Shown here in pieces: positions 19,186-27,488 of a DNA stretch of 64,000 nt; position 1 is the first letter of the stretch; every line of letters starts with the position of its first letter. A program made the translations under genes and the position numbers. Under the pieces are notes generated by a model that had not been told where the DNA came from, ran no database searches, and saw only the letters and a program-made list of their open reading frames with translations. The stretch is from an uncultured Alloprevotella sp. Lineage in GTDB: Bacteria; Bacteroidota; Bacteroidia; Bacteroidales; Bacteroidaceae. The DNA is taken from the NCBI GenBank assembly GCA_944320745.1, contig CALUIN010000006.1:16559-80558 (forward strand). The letters run 5' to 3'.

Positions 19186-20379
19186 ATGAAGATATTAGTC
19201 ATCAACTGCGGCAGTTCGTCCATCAAGTACAAACTTTACGAAATGGACGACAGAAGCGTCCTGGCCGCCGGCGGAATAGAGAAAATCGGTCTGGAAGGCT
19301 CCTTCCTGAAAACGAAGATCAACGGTGAGACCAAGATCATAGAGTCGCCCTGCCCCACCCACACGGAAGGCATCCGGCTCATGTTCGACACGCTGCTCAA
19401 TCCCGAGTATGGCGCCATCAAGAGCCTGGACGAGATTTCGGCAGCCGGTCACCGCATTGTGGCGGGCGGACGGTTCACGCAGAGCCAGATAGTCACGCCG
19501 GAAATGCTGGCTGAATGGCACCAGTACATGGAGCTGGCGCCGCTGCACAGCCCGGCCCACCTGAAGGGCTACGAGGCCGTGAAGGCCATGCTGCCGGACC
19601 TGCCGCAAGTGTTCGTATTCGACACGGCTTTCCATCAGACCATGCCGGCCCACGCCTACATGTACGCCGTGCCCTACAAGTACTACGAGGAAAACAACAT
19701 ACGCCGCTGGGGCGCGCACGGCACGAGCCACCGCTTCGTCACGGCCCGCGTGTGCGAGATGCTGGGCGTAAAGCCGGAGGAGGTACGCATCATCACCTGC
19801 CACATAGGCAACGGCGCCTCCGTGTCGGCCGTGAAGTACGGCAAGTGTATCGACACGTCGATGGGCCTCACTCCTCTCGAAGGACTCATGATGGGCACGC
19901 GCTCGGGCGACGTTGACCCCTCGGCCGTGCTGAGCATCATGAAGAAGGAAGGCTTCACGCCGGACCAGATGAGCGACCTGCTGAACAAAGAGAGCGGCGT
20001 GAAGGGCATCTCCGGCGTATCGAGCGACATGCGCGAAGTGGAGGCCGCCTGCCGGGCCGGCAACGAGCGCGCCGAACTGGCTCTCGACATGTACGACTAC
20101 CGCATCAAGAAGTACATCGGCGCCTACACGGCGGTCATGGGCGGCGTGGACATCATCGTGTTCACGGCTGGCGTGGGCGAGCACCAGTGGGACGTGCGCC
20201 GCGGCGCCGTGAGCGACCTGGAGTTCTTCGGCATACGCCTCGACGAAGAGAGAAACCGCGCAAACCACGGCGAGGAAGAAGTCATCTCCACGCCGGACAG
20301 CAAGGTGAAAGTGGTCGTGGTGCCCACGGACGAGGAACTGCTCATCGCCAGCGACACCCTGGCCCTCGTGCAAGGCTGA
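19186..20379 (+). CDS. ackA: Acetate kinase (acetate/propionate kinase family)
   Basis: INCGSSSIK, VFDTAFH, HGTSH, CHIGNGAS, TSMGLTPLEG..MGTRSGD, TDEE. Follows pta; own TAATTTTG at 19104-19111. Confidence 0.93.
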   Translation: MKILVINCGSSSIKYKLYEMDDRSVLAAGGIEKIGLEGSFLKTKINGETKIIESPCPTHTEGIRLMFDTLLNPEYGAIKSLDEISAAGHRIVAGGRFTQSQIVTPEMLAEWHQYMELAPLHSPAHLKGYEAVKAMLPDLPQVFVFDTAFHQTMPAHAYMYAVPYKYYEENNIRRWGAHGTSHRFVTARVCEMLGVKPEEVRIITCHIGNGASVSAVKYGKCIDTSMGLTPLEGLMMGTRSGDVDPSAVLSIMKKEGFTPDQMSDLLNKESGVKGISGVSSDMREVEAACRAGNERAELALDMYDYRIKKYIGAYTAVMGGVDIIVFTAGVGEHQWDVRRGAVSDLEFFGIRLDEERNRANHGEEEVISTPDSKVKVVVVPTDEELLIASDTLALVQG

Positions 20380-20411
20380 CGGCTACGCGGCAGCGCAGCC
20401 ACACTCTCTGA

Positions 20412-20447
20412 CAGACCGTGCGACCCGCCTGCGGGGCGCACGGTCTG
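20412..20447 (+). terminator. Stem-loop downstream of ackA
   Basis: 11-bp inverted repeat cagaccgtgcg / cgcacggtctg; no clear U-tract. Confidence 0.45.
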
Positions 20448-20566
20448 CGTATAAGCCCGGCCGACGGCAGCCGCCCCTGAAAGTTTAGCGGCCATGCGGC
20501 CTGACTTTCCGCCCGAACTTATTACCTTTGCACAAGCTATCCCTTTCACTTAAACAAGACTGACAG

Positions 20567-21754
20567 ATGGACAACGCTACACCTTACAGCCCGCCGCCCG
20601 TACCGCAGGAAAGCGCCGGAGCGGAGCAAGCCCGGCAAGACGACACCCTGACGGACGGACTGCAGCCCGCCGCTGAACAGGCGGGAGGGCCGTCGGCCGA
20701 AGCCGCGCCCGAAACCACCGAAGCCACCGGAACGGCCTGGCCCGAAGCTCCGGAGCCGGACGATGACACGCCCCATATCAACAACTCAGGCTGGCTGACG
20801 CGCACATTCTCATTCAAGGGCCGCATCACGCGGGCCGAGTTTGCCCTGTCCCATGCCGCACTGCTCCTGCTCCCCATCGTGGCCGGCACCGTGGGCGACC
20901 TGGTCCGGATCATTGACGAAACCGCCGGCGCGGCCACGCACAAGTACTTCGCCTTGAGCTGTCTGCTGGCGTTCTGCTGGTTCTACACGGCACAGGGCGT
21001 GAAACGCTGCCACGACACAGGCCACACCGGCTGGCTCTTCTTCATCCCCTTCTACAACGTCTGCCTGCTCTTTGCGCGACCAGTGGCCCAGACCAACCGC
21101 TACGGCACGCAGGCCACCATACACACGGCCACGGCCGAGGACCGCGCCCGCTGCACCCGCACACGGGGACGCGGCGCGCTGTGCGCCCTGAGCTGGCTGG
21201 TGTTCTCGCCCGCCTACTTGTGGCTGACGTGGCGCTGGCAGCTGCAAAAGCCCGGCAAGCGCCTGCTGCTCTTTCTGATAAGCCCCTTCATCCTGTGCGG
21301 CACCGGGATAGCCTGGACACTGACGCACGATGCCGCGGCCGAACGCGAGGAGACGGAAACCGTACGCGAAGCCGTCAGCCGCAAGATAACCAGCCTGCGG
21401 CTTGAGGTAGCGGACATTGAGAAAACGGGCCGCGGGACCTACACCCTCACCTTGGAGAAGCCCCTGACGGAAGCCGACGTGCAGCACCTGGAACGCGCCA
21501 CGCGCGCCCTGGGCGAGTGGAGCAAGACGGAGCAGGACGCCGCCGAGGAGGACTACGGCTACTACGAGGAGGACTACGGAAGCGGAGCCGACAGCACGGC
21601 CCAGGCGGCCCAGGCCGCTCCGCCCACATACCGCTTCGACAAAACGGTGCGCCTGGCCCGCCGCAAACAGCCGCTGCACATCAGCCTCGAGGTGACGCCC
21701 GGCGAGACGGAGGCCCGCCTCACCCTGCGCCGCACGCCGGAAGCGGCGGACTGA
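20567..21754 (+). CDS. DUF805-domain membrane protein with N- and C-terminal extensions
   Basis: FSFKGRITRAEF..., VKRCHDTGHTGW.., NRYG match DUF805; acidic Pro/Ala-rich N-terminus; TACCTTTG at 20523-20530. Confidence 0.8.
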   Translation: MDNATPYSPPPVPQESAGAEQARQDDTLTDGLQPAAEQAGGPSAEAAPETTEATGTAWPEAPEPDDDTPHINNSGWLTRTFSFKGRITRAEFALSHAALLLLPIVAGTVGDLVRIIDETAGAATHKYFALSCLLAFCWFYTAQGVKRCHDTGHTGWLFFIPFYNVCLLFARPVAQTNRYGTQATIHTATAEDRARCTRTRGRGALCALSWLVFSPAYLWLTWRWQLQKPGKRLLLFLISPFILCGTGIAWTLTHDAAAEREETETVREAVSRKITSLRLEVADIEKTGRGTYTLTLEKPLTEADVQHLERATRALGEWSKTEQDAAEEDYGYYEEDYGSGADSTAQAAQAAPPTYRFDKTVRLARRKQPLHISLEVTPGETEARLTLRRTPEAAD

Positions 21755-21756
21755 AC

Positions 21757-21836
21757 ACGCCCCTAAGCCCCGTGCGAACGGTCCCTATCGCAGTTTTTCC
21801 TGCGATAGGGACCGTTTTTTCTCGCCCTATCCCCGT
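21757..21836. repeat. 21-bp phased quasi-palindromic array 4 (4 units, 3 degenerate)
   Basis: acgcccCTAAGccccgt-gcga, acggtcCCTATcgcagt-tttt, cctgcgATAGGgaccgt-tttt, tctcgcCCTATccccgt; exact 21-bp phase with the terminal GT retained. Confidence 0.75.
21777..21820 (+). terminator. Intrinsic terminator after the DUF805 gene
   Basis: 17-bp perfect inverted repeat aacggtccctatcgcag / ctgcgatagggaccgtt followed by a T-run. Confidence 0.85.
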
Positions 21837-21989
21837 AGCCGCAGGCCGGCGCCGGGCCGCAGGCCGCCCCGTCCGCCCGAGCGTGCGGACCGACGGGACG
21901 AAGCCGCCTATTGTCATGCGAAGAAAGCAAAATTCGATTTTAACACAAGAAATGCCGCACGGTCGCCGCCCGATTATTTACAAATTTTG

Positions 21990-21997
21990 TAACTTTG
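21990..21997 (+). promoter_or_regulatory. Probable -7 element for the nuo operon
   Basis: TAACTTTG in an AT-rich patch about 245 nt upstream of nuoA. Confidence 0.55.
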
Positions 21998-22242
21998 TCA
22001 CCCGAAAGACGTTTGACGTGAAAAAGGGCAAAAATCATACCGCCATAACGGCTGCACGCCAGGCGGTTACGAAGCGGCAAAGGCGGGACGCGCGAGTTCT
22101 GCCGGTTTTATTGTTTCCCATAGTCCCGGGGTGGCCCTTATCCCCTCGGACAACCGACAACCTCAGTCTTTCACGCCCGGAAAACACGCCAGCGTTTTTC
22201 ACCCCGAAAATTCAACATTATCAATCATAACACAAAAGAGCT

Positions 22243-22593
22243 ATGAACTTTACCTTATTTGTCACAGCTTTGCTGACAGGTATTGCGTTCGTTGCCGTCG
22301 TGACGATATTGGCCCGGCTCATATCGCCACGCAGCTTCAACGCTCAGAAGGAAGAGGCATACGAGTGCGGTATCCCCACGCGCGGACGCTCATGGATGCA
22401 GTTCCGTGTGGGCTACTACCTCTTTGCCATCCTCTTCCTCATGTTCGACGTTGAAACGATGTTCCTTTTCCCGTGGGCCGTCGTGATGCGTTCGCTCGGG
22501 TCAGCAGGCCTGTACCTGGTGCTCTTCTTCTTAATCATCTTAGTTCTGGGCCTGGCCTATGCCTGGAGGAAAGGAGCGTTGAAATGGCAATAA
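22243..22593 (+). CDS. nuoA: NADH-quinone oxidoreductase subunit A
   Basis: YECG, YYLFAILFLMFDVE..FLFPWA, AWRKGALKW. Confidence 0.95.
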   Translation: MNFTLFVTALLTGIAFVAVVTILARLISPRSFNAQKEEAYECGIPTRGRSWMQFRVGYYLFAILFLMFDVETMFLFPWAVVMRSLGSAGLYLVLFFLIILVLGLAYAWRKGALKWQ

Positions 22594-23222
22594 TGAAAAA
22601 GCCCAAAATCAAGTCGATCCCTTACGACGAGTTCAAGGACAACGAAACGTTCGAGAAGCTCGTGGCCGAACTGAACGCCAAGGGGACCAACGTCATCGTC
22701 AGGAAACTGGACGAACTGATAGACTGGGGACGGAGCAACTCGCTCTGGCCGCTGACGTTCGCCACGAGCTGCTGCGGCATCGAGTTCATGGCCGTCTGCG
22801 CCGCCCGTTACGACATCGCCCGCTTCGGCTTCGAGGTGACGCGTAACAGTCCGCGCCAGGCCGACGTGATCCTGGTGAGCGGCACCATCACGACGAAGAT
22901 GGCCCCGGTGCTGAAACGCCTCTACGACCAGATGGCCGACCCGAAGTACGTCGTAGCCATCGGCGGATGCTCCATCAGCGGCGGCCCGTTCCGCAAGTCG
23001 TACCACGTGGTACAAGGCGTGGACCAGATCATACCGGTCGACGTCTACGTGCCGGGCTGCCCGCCGCGGCCGGAATCGTTCCTCTACGGCATGATGCAGC
23101 TCCAGCGCAAAGTCAAAGTGGAGAACTTCTTCGGCACGACAAACCGGAAACAGAAAGACCCCTACCGCAAGAGTATGGAAGAGAAAAACGAAGAACTTTA
23201 TAACGAGGAGGAACAGGCATGA
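22584..23222 (+). CDS. nuoB: NADH-quinone oxidoreductase subunit B
   Basis: SLWPLTFATSCCGIE, SPRQAD, GGCSISGG, PVDVYVPGCPPRPE (N2 cluster ligands). Start 22584, alternative 22593. Confidence 0.95.
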   Translation: MAIMKKPKIKSIPYDEFKDNETFEKLVAELNAKGTNVIVRKLDELIDWGRSNSLWPLTFATSCCGIEFMAVCAARYDIARFGFEVTRNSPRQADVILVSGTITTKMAPVLKRLYDQMADPKYVVAIGGCSISGGPFRKSYHVVQGVDQIIPVDVYVPGCPPRPESFLYGMMQLQRKVKVENFFGTTNRKQKDPYRKSMEEKNEELYNEEEQA

Positions 23223-24934
23223 CAGACATACAAGACCAGACGCCCGCAGCCGGCGCCCAGAACCAGCCCCAGGCTGCCGCCAATGCCGGAAAACCGGCAG
23301 CCCCCGCAGCCGCAGCCGTCAAGCCCGCGGCCAAGGCGCAGCCGGAAGCACCGGCCCAACCTGCCGAAAACCAGATTGAGCCCCGATTCGTGGAGCCCTC
23401 CGCTCTGCATGCCGAGATGAAACGCCTGCGCGACGAAGAGAAAATGGACTTCCTGGAATGCCTCACCGGACTGGACTGGCAGGAGGAAGGCCTCGGCGTA
23501 GTCTACAACCTGGAATCGACCGCGACGGGCCGCCGCGCCTACCTGAAGACGGCCACGACCGACCGCGAGAACCCGCTACTCCCCTCCGTGAGCGACCTGT
23601 GGGACATCGCCAACATCTACGAACGCGAGGTCTATGACTTCTACGGCATCAAGTTCACCGGCCATCCGGACATGCGCCGCATCTACCTGCGCGAGGACTG
23701 GGTGGGCTACCCCTTCCGCAAGGACGACGACCCGCTGAAGGAAAACCCGCTACGCATGACCAACGAACCCCTGGCCGACGTGACGGAAACCCTGACGCTC
23801 AACGCCGACGGCACCGTGACACGGGGCGAAAACCGCATCTTCGGCGACGGGGACTACGTGGTGAACATCGGCCCGCAGCACCCCTCCACCCACGGCGTGC
23901 TCCACTTCCGCGTGAGCCTCGACGGCGAGCGCATCCGGAAGATAGACCCCGTGCTGGGATACATCCACCGCGGCATTGAAAAGATGAACGAGAGCCTGAC
24001 CTACCCGCAGACACTCGCCCTCACCGACCGCCTGGACTACCTCGGCGCCATGCAGAACCGCCATGCCCTGTGCATGTGCATCGAGAAAGCCATGGGCCTC
24101 GAGGTGAGCGACCGCGTGCAGGTCATCCGTACCATCATGGACGAGCTGCAACGTATCGACTCGCACATCCTCTACTTCTCCTGCCTCTGCCAGGACCTGG
24201 GTGCCACGACGGCCTTCCTCTACGGATTCCGCGACCGCGAGAAGATCCTGGACATCTTCGAAGAAACCTGCGGCGGCCGCCTCATCCTGAACTACAACAC
24301 CATCGGCGGCGTCATGGCCGACATCCATCCGAACTTCCAGAAGCGCGTGAAGGAGTTCATCCCCTACATGCGTAAGAACCTGCAGGAGTATCACGACATC
24401 TTCACCGGCAACGTCATCTTCCAGAACCGCTCGAAGGGCGTAGGCGTACTGACGAAAGAGCAGTGCATCTCGTTCGGCTGCACGGGCGGTACGGGCCGTG
24501 CGGCAGGCTGGCACAACGACGTGCGCAAACGCATGCCCTATGCCGCCTACGACAAGGTGAAGTTCAACGAGATCACCCGCACGGAAGGCGACAGCTTTGC
24601 CCGCTACATGGTCCGTATGGACGAGATCCTCGAGAGCCTGAACATCATCGAGCAACTCATAGACAACATTCCCGAAGGACCGTTCCAGGCCAAGACGAAA
24701 CCCATCATCAAGGTCCCGGCCGGCACGTACTACTCCGCCGTCGAGGGCAGCCGAGGCGAGTTCGGCGTATTCCTGGAAAGCAAAGGCGACAAGTCGCCCT
24801 ACCGCCTGCACTACCGCGCCACCGGCCTGCCGCTGGTAGCCGCGATGGACACGGCCTGCCGCAACAGCTTGATAGCAGACTTGATCACCATAGGCGGAAC
24901 GCTGGACTACGTTGTGCCCGACATCGATAGGTAA
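23219..24934 (+). CDS. nuoCD: NADH-quinone oxidoreductase subunit C/D fusion
   Basis: NuoC part EREVYDFYGI.F.GHP..RRI; NuoD part NIGPQHPSTHGVL, GYIHRGIEK, DRLDY, C-terminal DIDR. Confidence 0.94.
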   Translation: MTDIQDQTPAAGAQNQPQAAANAGKPAAPAAAAVKPAAKAQPEAPAQPAENQIEPRFVEPSALHAEMKRLRDEEKMDFLECLTGLDWQEEGLGVVYNLESTATGRRAYLKTATTDRENPLLPSVSDLWDIANIYEREVYDFYGIKFTGHPDMRRIYLREDWVGYPFRKDDDPLKENPLRMTNEPLADVTETLTLNADGTVTRGENRIFGDGDYVVNIGPQHPSTHGVLHFRVSLDGERIRKIDPVLGYIHRGIEKMNESLTYPQTLALTDRLDYLGAMQNRHALCMCIEKAMGLEVSDRVQVIRTIMDELQRIDSHILYFSCLCQDLGATTAFLYGFRDREKILDIFEETCGGRLILNYNTIGGVMADIHPNFQKRVKEFIPYMRKNLQEYHDIFTGNVIFQNRSKGVGVLTKEQCISFGCTGGTGRAAGWHNDVRKRMPYAAYDKVKFNEITRTEGDSFARYMVRMDEILESLNIIEQLIDNIPEGPFQAKTKPIIKVPAGTYYSAVEGSRGEFGVFLESKGDKSPYRLHYRATGLPLVAAMDTACRNSLIADLITIGGTLDYVVPDIDR

Positions 24935-24955
24935 TCCATAAAACAAAGTAAGACA

Positions 24956-26035
24956 ATGTTTGACTTTTCAATTATAAGCTCATGGCTCCACGGCCTGCTC
25001 ACGGGCTTCATGCCCGAATGGGCCGCTATCCTGACGGAAAGCATCCTGGTGGCGCTGGTTATCATCACGCTCTACGCCATCTTTGCCATCGTCCTTATTT
25101 ATATGGAGCGTAAGGTCTGCGCCTTCTTCCAGTGCCGCCTCGGCCCGATGCGCGTAGGTCCGTTCGGCACGCTGCAGGTGTTCAGCGACGTGTTCAAAAT
25201 GCTGACCAAGGAGATCATCAACCTGCGCGGGACGGACCTGTTCCTGCACAATCTGGCTCCGTTCCTCGTCGTAATGGCCTCCATGATCACCTTCGCCTGC
25301 CTGCCCTGGAACGTAGGCGCACAGATCATCGACTTCAACGTGGGTATCTTCTTCTTCCTGGCCGTATCGAGCATCGGCGTGGTCGGCATCCTGCTGGCCG
25401 GCTGGAGCAGCAACAACAAGTACTCGCTAATCGGCGCAATGCGTAGCGGCGCGCAGATCATCAGTTACGAGCTCTCCATCGGCATGACCATGCTGACCAT
25501 GATCTGCCTGACGGGCACGATGTCCTTCTCCGAAATCTGCCAGCAGCAGTACGCCGAAGGCTGGAACATCTTCCGCGGCCATCTGCCCGCCGTCATCGCC
25601 TTCATCCTCTACCTCATCGCCGGCAACGCCGAGTGCAACCGCGGCCCGTTCGACTTGCCCGAGAGCGAAAGCGAGCTGACCGCCGGCTACCACACCGAAT
25701 ACTCCGGCATGCACTTCGGCTACTACTATCTGGCCGAATACATGAACCTCTTCATCTGCGCCGGAATGGCTACGACCGTATTCCTGGGCGGCTGGGCACC
25801 GCTCCACATCGCCGGCCTGGAAGGCTTCAACGGCATCATGGACTACATCCCCGGCGCCGTATGGTTCATCGGCAAGACGCTCTTCGTAGTATTCCTTCTG
25901 ATGTGGCTGCGCTGGACATTCCCGCGCCTGCGTATCGACCAGATACTCTCGCTCGAATGGAAATACCTCGTACCCATCAGCATGGCAAACCTCATACTCA
26001 TGGCAATCATCGTGTCCAACGGACTTCACTTCTAA
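24956..26035 (+). CDS. nuoH: NADH-quinone oxidoreductase subunit H
   Basis: ERKV..FQCRLGP, GWSSNNKYSLIGAMR, ISYE, NRGPFDLPESESEL..GYHTEYSG, PRLRIDQ. Confidence 0.95.
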   Translation: MFDFSIISSWLHGLLTGFMPEWAAILTESILVALVIITLYAIFAIVLIYMERKVCAFFQCRLGPMRVGPFGTLQVFSDVFKMLTKEIINLRGTDLFLHNLAPFLVVMASMITFACLPWNVGAQIIDFNVGIFFFLAVSSIGVVGILLAGWSSNNKYSLIGAMRSGAQIISYELSIGMTMLTMICLTGTMSFSEICQQQYAEGWNIFRGHLPAVIAFILYLIAGNAECNRGPFDLPESESELTAGYHTEYSGMHFGYYYLAEYMNLFICAGMATTVFLGGWAPLHIAGLEGFNGIMDYIPGAVWFIGKTLFVVFLLMWLRWTFPRLRIDQILSLEWKYLVPISMANLILMAIIVSNGLHF

Positions 26036-26051
26036 TTAAGGCAGAAAACTC

Positions 26052-26570
26052 ATGTACGAAGATAAGAATTACATCGAAGGACTGCTGAGCGGCATCAAGT
26101 CGCTGTGCATCGGCCTGAAGACTACGATGCGCGAGTTCTTTACAAAGAAAATCACCGAGCAGTATCCAGAAAACCGCGGGAAGCTGGTCATGTTCGACCG
26201 CTTCCGCGGCTCGCTGACCATGCCGCACAACGAAAACAACGAGCACAAGTGCGTAGGCTGCGGACTGTGCGAGATGGCCTGCCCCAACGGCACCATCAAA
26301 GTGACCAGCGAGTTCTACACAGCTGAAGACGGGAAAAAGAAAAAGCGCCTCGTCAAGTACGAATACAACCTCGGTTCCTGCATGTTCTGCCAGCTCTGCA
26401 CAAGAGCCTGTCCCCACGGAGCCATCGAGTTCAACCAGAGCTTCGAGAACGCCGTATTCGACCGCTCTAAACTGATTCTCGTGCTCAACCATGAAGGCAG
26501 CAAAGTCATGGAGAAGAAAGTGGTAAAGAAAGCCGAACCAGAGGCAAAGTCCAAGGAACAAACTGCTTAA
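26052..26570 (+). CDS. nuoI: NADH-quinone oxidoreductase subunit I
   Basis: Two [4Fe-4S] motifs, CVGCGLCEMACP and CMFCQLCTRACP; ITEQYPE. Confidence 0.94.
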   Translation: MYEDKNYIEGLLSGIKSLCIGLKTTMREFFTKKITEQYPENRGKLVMFDRFRGSLTMPHNENNEHKCVGCGLCEMACPNGTIKVTSEFYTAEDGKKKKRLVKYEYNLGSCMFCQLCTRACPHGAIEFNQSFENAVFDRSKLILVLNHEGSKVMEKKVVKKAEPEAKSKEQTA

Positions 26571-26580
26571 ACAAAAGAAA

Positions 26581-27111
26581 ATGGATTCACAAAACATAAT
26601 GTTCGTCATCCTGGCGGTGATTATAGTACTGTCATCCATCGCGACAGTGCTAACCAAGAGCATCATACGCGCCGCCACATACCTGCTGTTCGTGCTGCTG
26701 GGCACGGCCGGGCTCTACTTCCTGATGGGCTACACTTTCCTTGGCGCAGTCCAGACGATGGTCTACGCCGGCGGCATCATCGTGCTCTACGTCTTTGCCA
26801 TCCTGCTCACCGACGGCGCGAAGGACCAGGCAGCCCATAAGAAGATGAAAGACGCCTCCTGGGGAGTCGTCATCGGCCTGGTGGGCTTCCTCACCTTCGT
26901 ATTCGTGCTCTTCAAGCAAGAGCTCTTCAAGGGAATAGCTGCACTCGGCGCGCCGACCGAACCGACCGGCGCGGCTAACAATTCAATCGACCAGATCGGC
27001 CACTTCATGCTGTCGACCGGAGAAGAAGGCTACCTGCTCCCCTTCGAGGCAGTCAGCATCCTGCTACTGGCCTGCATCGTAGCCGGCCTGCTCATCGCCC
27101 GTAAACGTTAA
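26581..27111 (+). CDS. nuoJ: NADH-quinone oxidoreductase subunit J
   Basis: Q.MVYAGGIIVLY.F, YLLPFEAVSILLL; operon position. Confidence 0.93.
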   Translation: MDSQNIMFVILAVIIVLSSIATVLTKSIIRAATYLLFVLLGTAGLYFLMGYTFLGAVQTMVYAGGIIVLYVFAILLTDGAKDQAAHKKMKDASWGVVIGLVGFLTFVFVLFKQELFKGIAALGAPTEPTGAANNSIDQIGHFMLSTGEEGYLLPFEAVSILLLACIVAGLLIARKR

Positions 27112-27121
27112 AGATTCAACC

Positions 27122-27430
27122 ATGATACAGATAGAATACATCCTGCTTATCTCGGCCGTCATGATGTTTGCTGGCATCTTCGGTTTCCTGACACGCCGCA
27201 GCACGCTGGCCGTCCTGCTCTCCATCGAGTTGATGCTTAATTCCGCTGACATCAACTTCGCAGTGTTCAACCGCATGCTCTATCCCGACGGGCACGAAGG
27301 CTATTTCTTCGCCCTCTTCGCCATAGCCATTGCGGCGGCCGAAAGTGCCATTGCCATCGCCATCATGATCAACATCTACCGGATGCTCAAGAACATTTCC
27401 GTAGACAAACTTCAGAAGATGAAGTGGTAG
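27122..27430 (+). CDS. nuoK: NADH-quinone oxidoreductase subunit K
   Basis: SIELMLNSA, IAAAESAIAIA; three TM helices. Confidence 0.93.
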   Translation: MIQIEYILLISAVMMFAGIFGFLTRRSTLAVLLSIELMLNSADINFAVFNRMLYPDGHEGYFFALFAIAIAAAESAIAIAIMINIYRMLKNISVDKLQKMKW

Positions 27431-27488
27431 TACGCGAGACGCGCAGCCTCGCGCCGCGCTCCCGTTCACAAGTAAAAACTAATAATAT

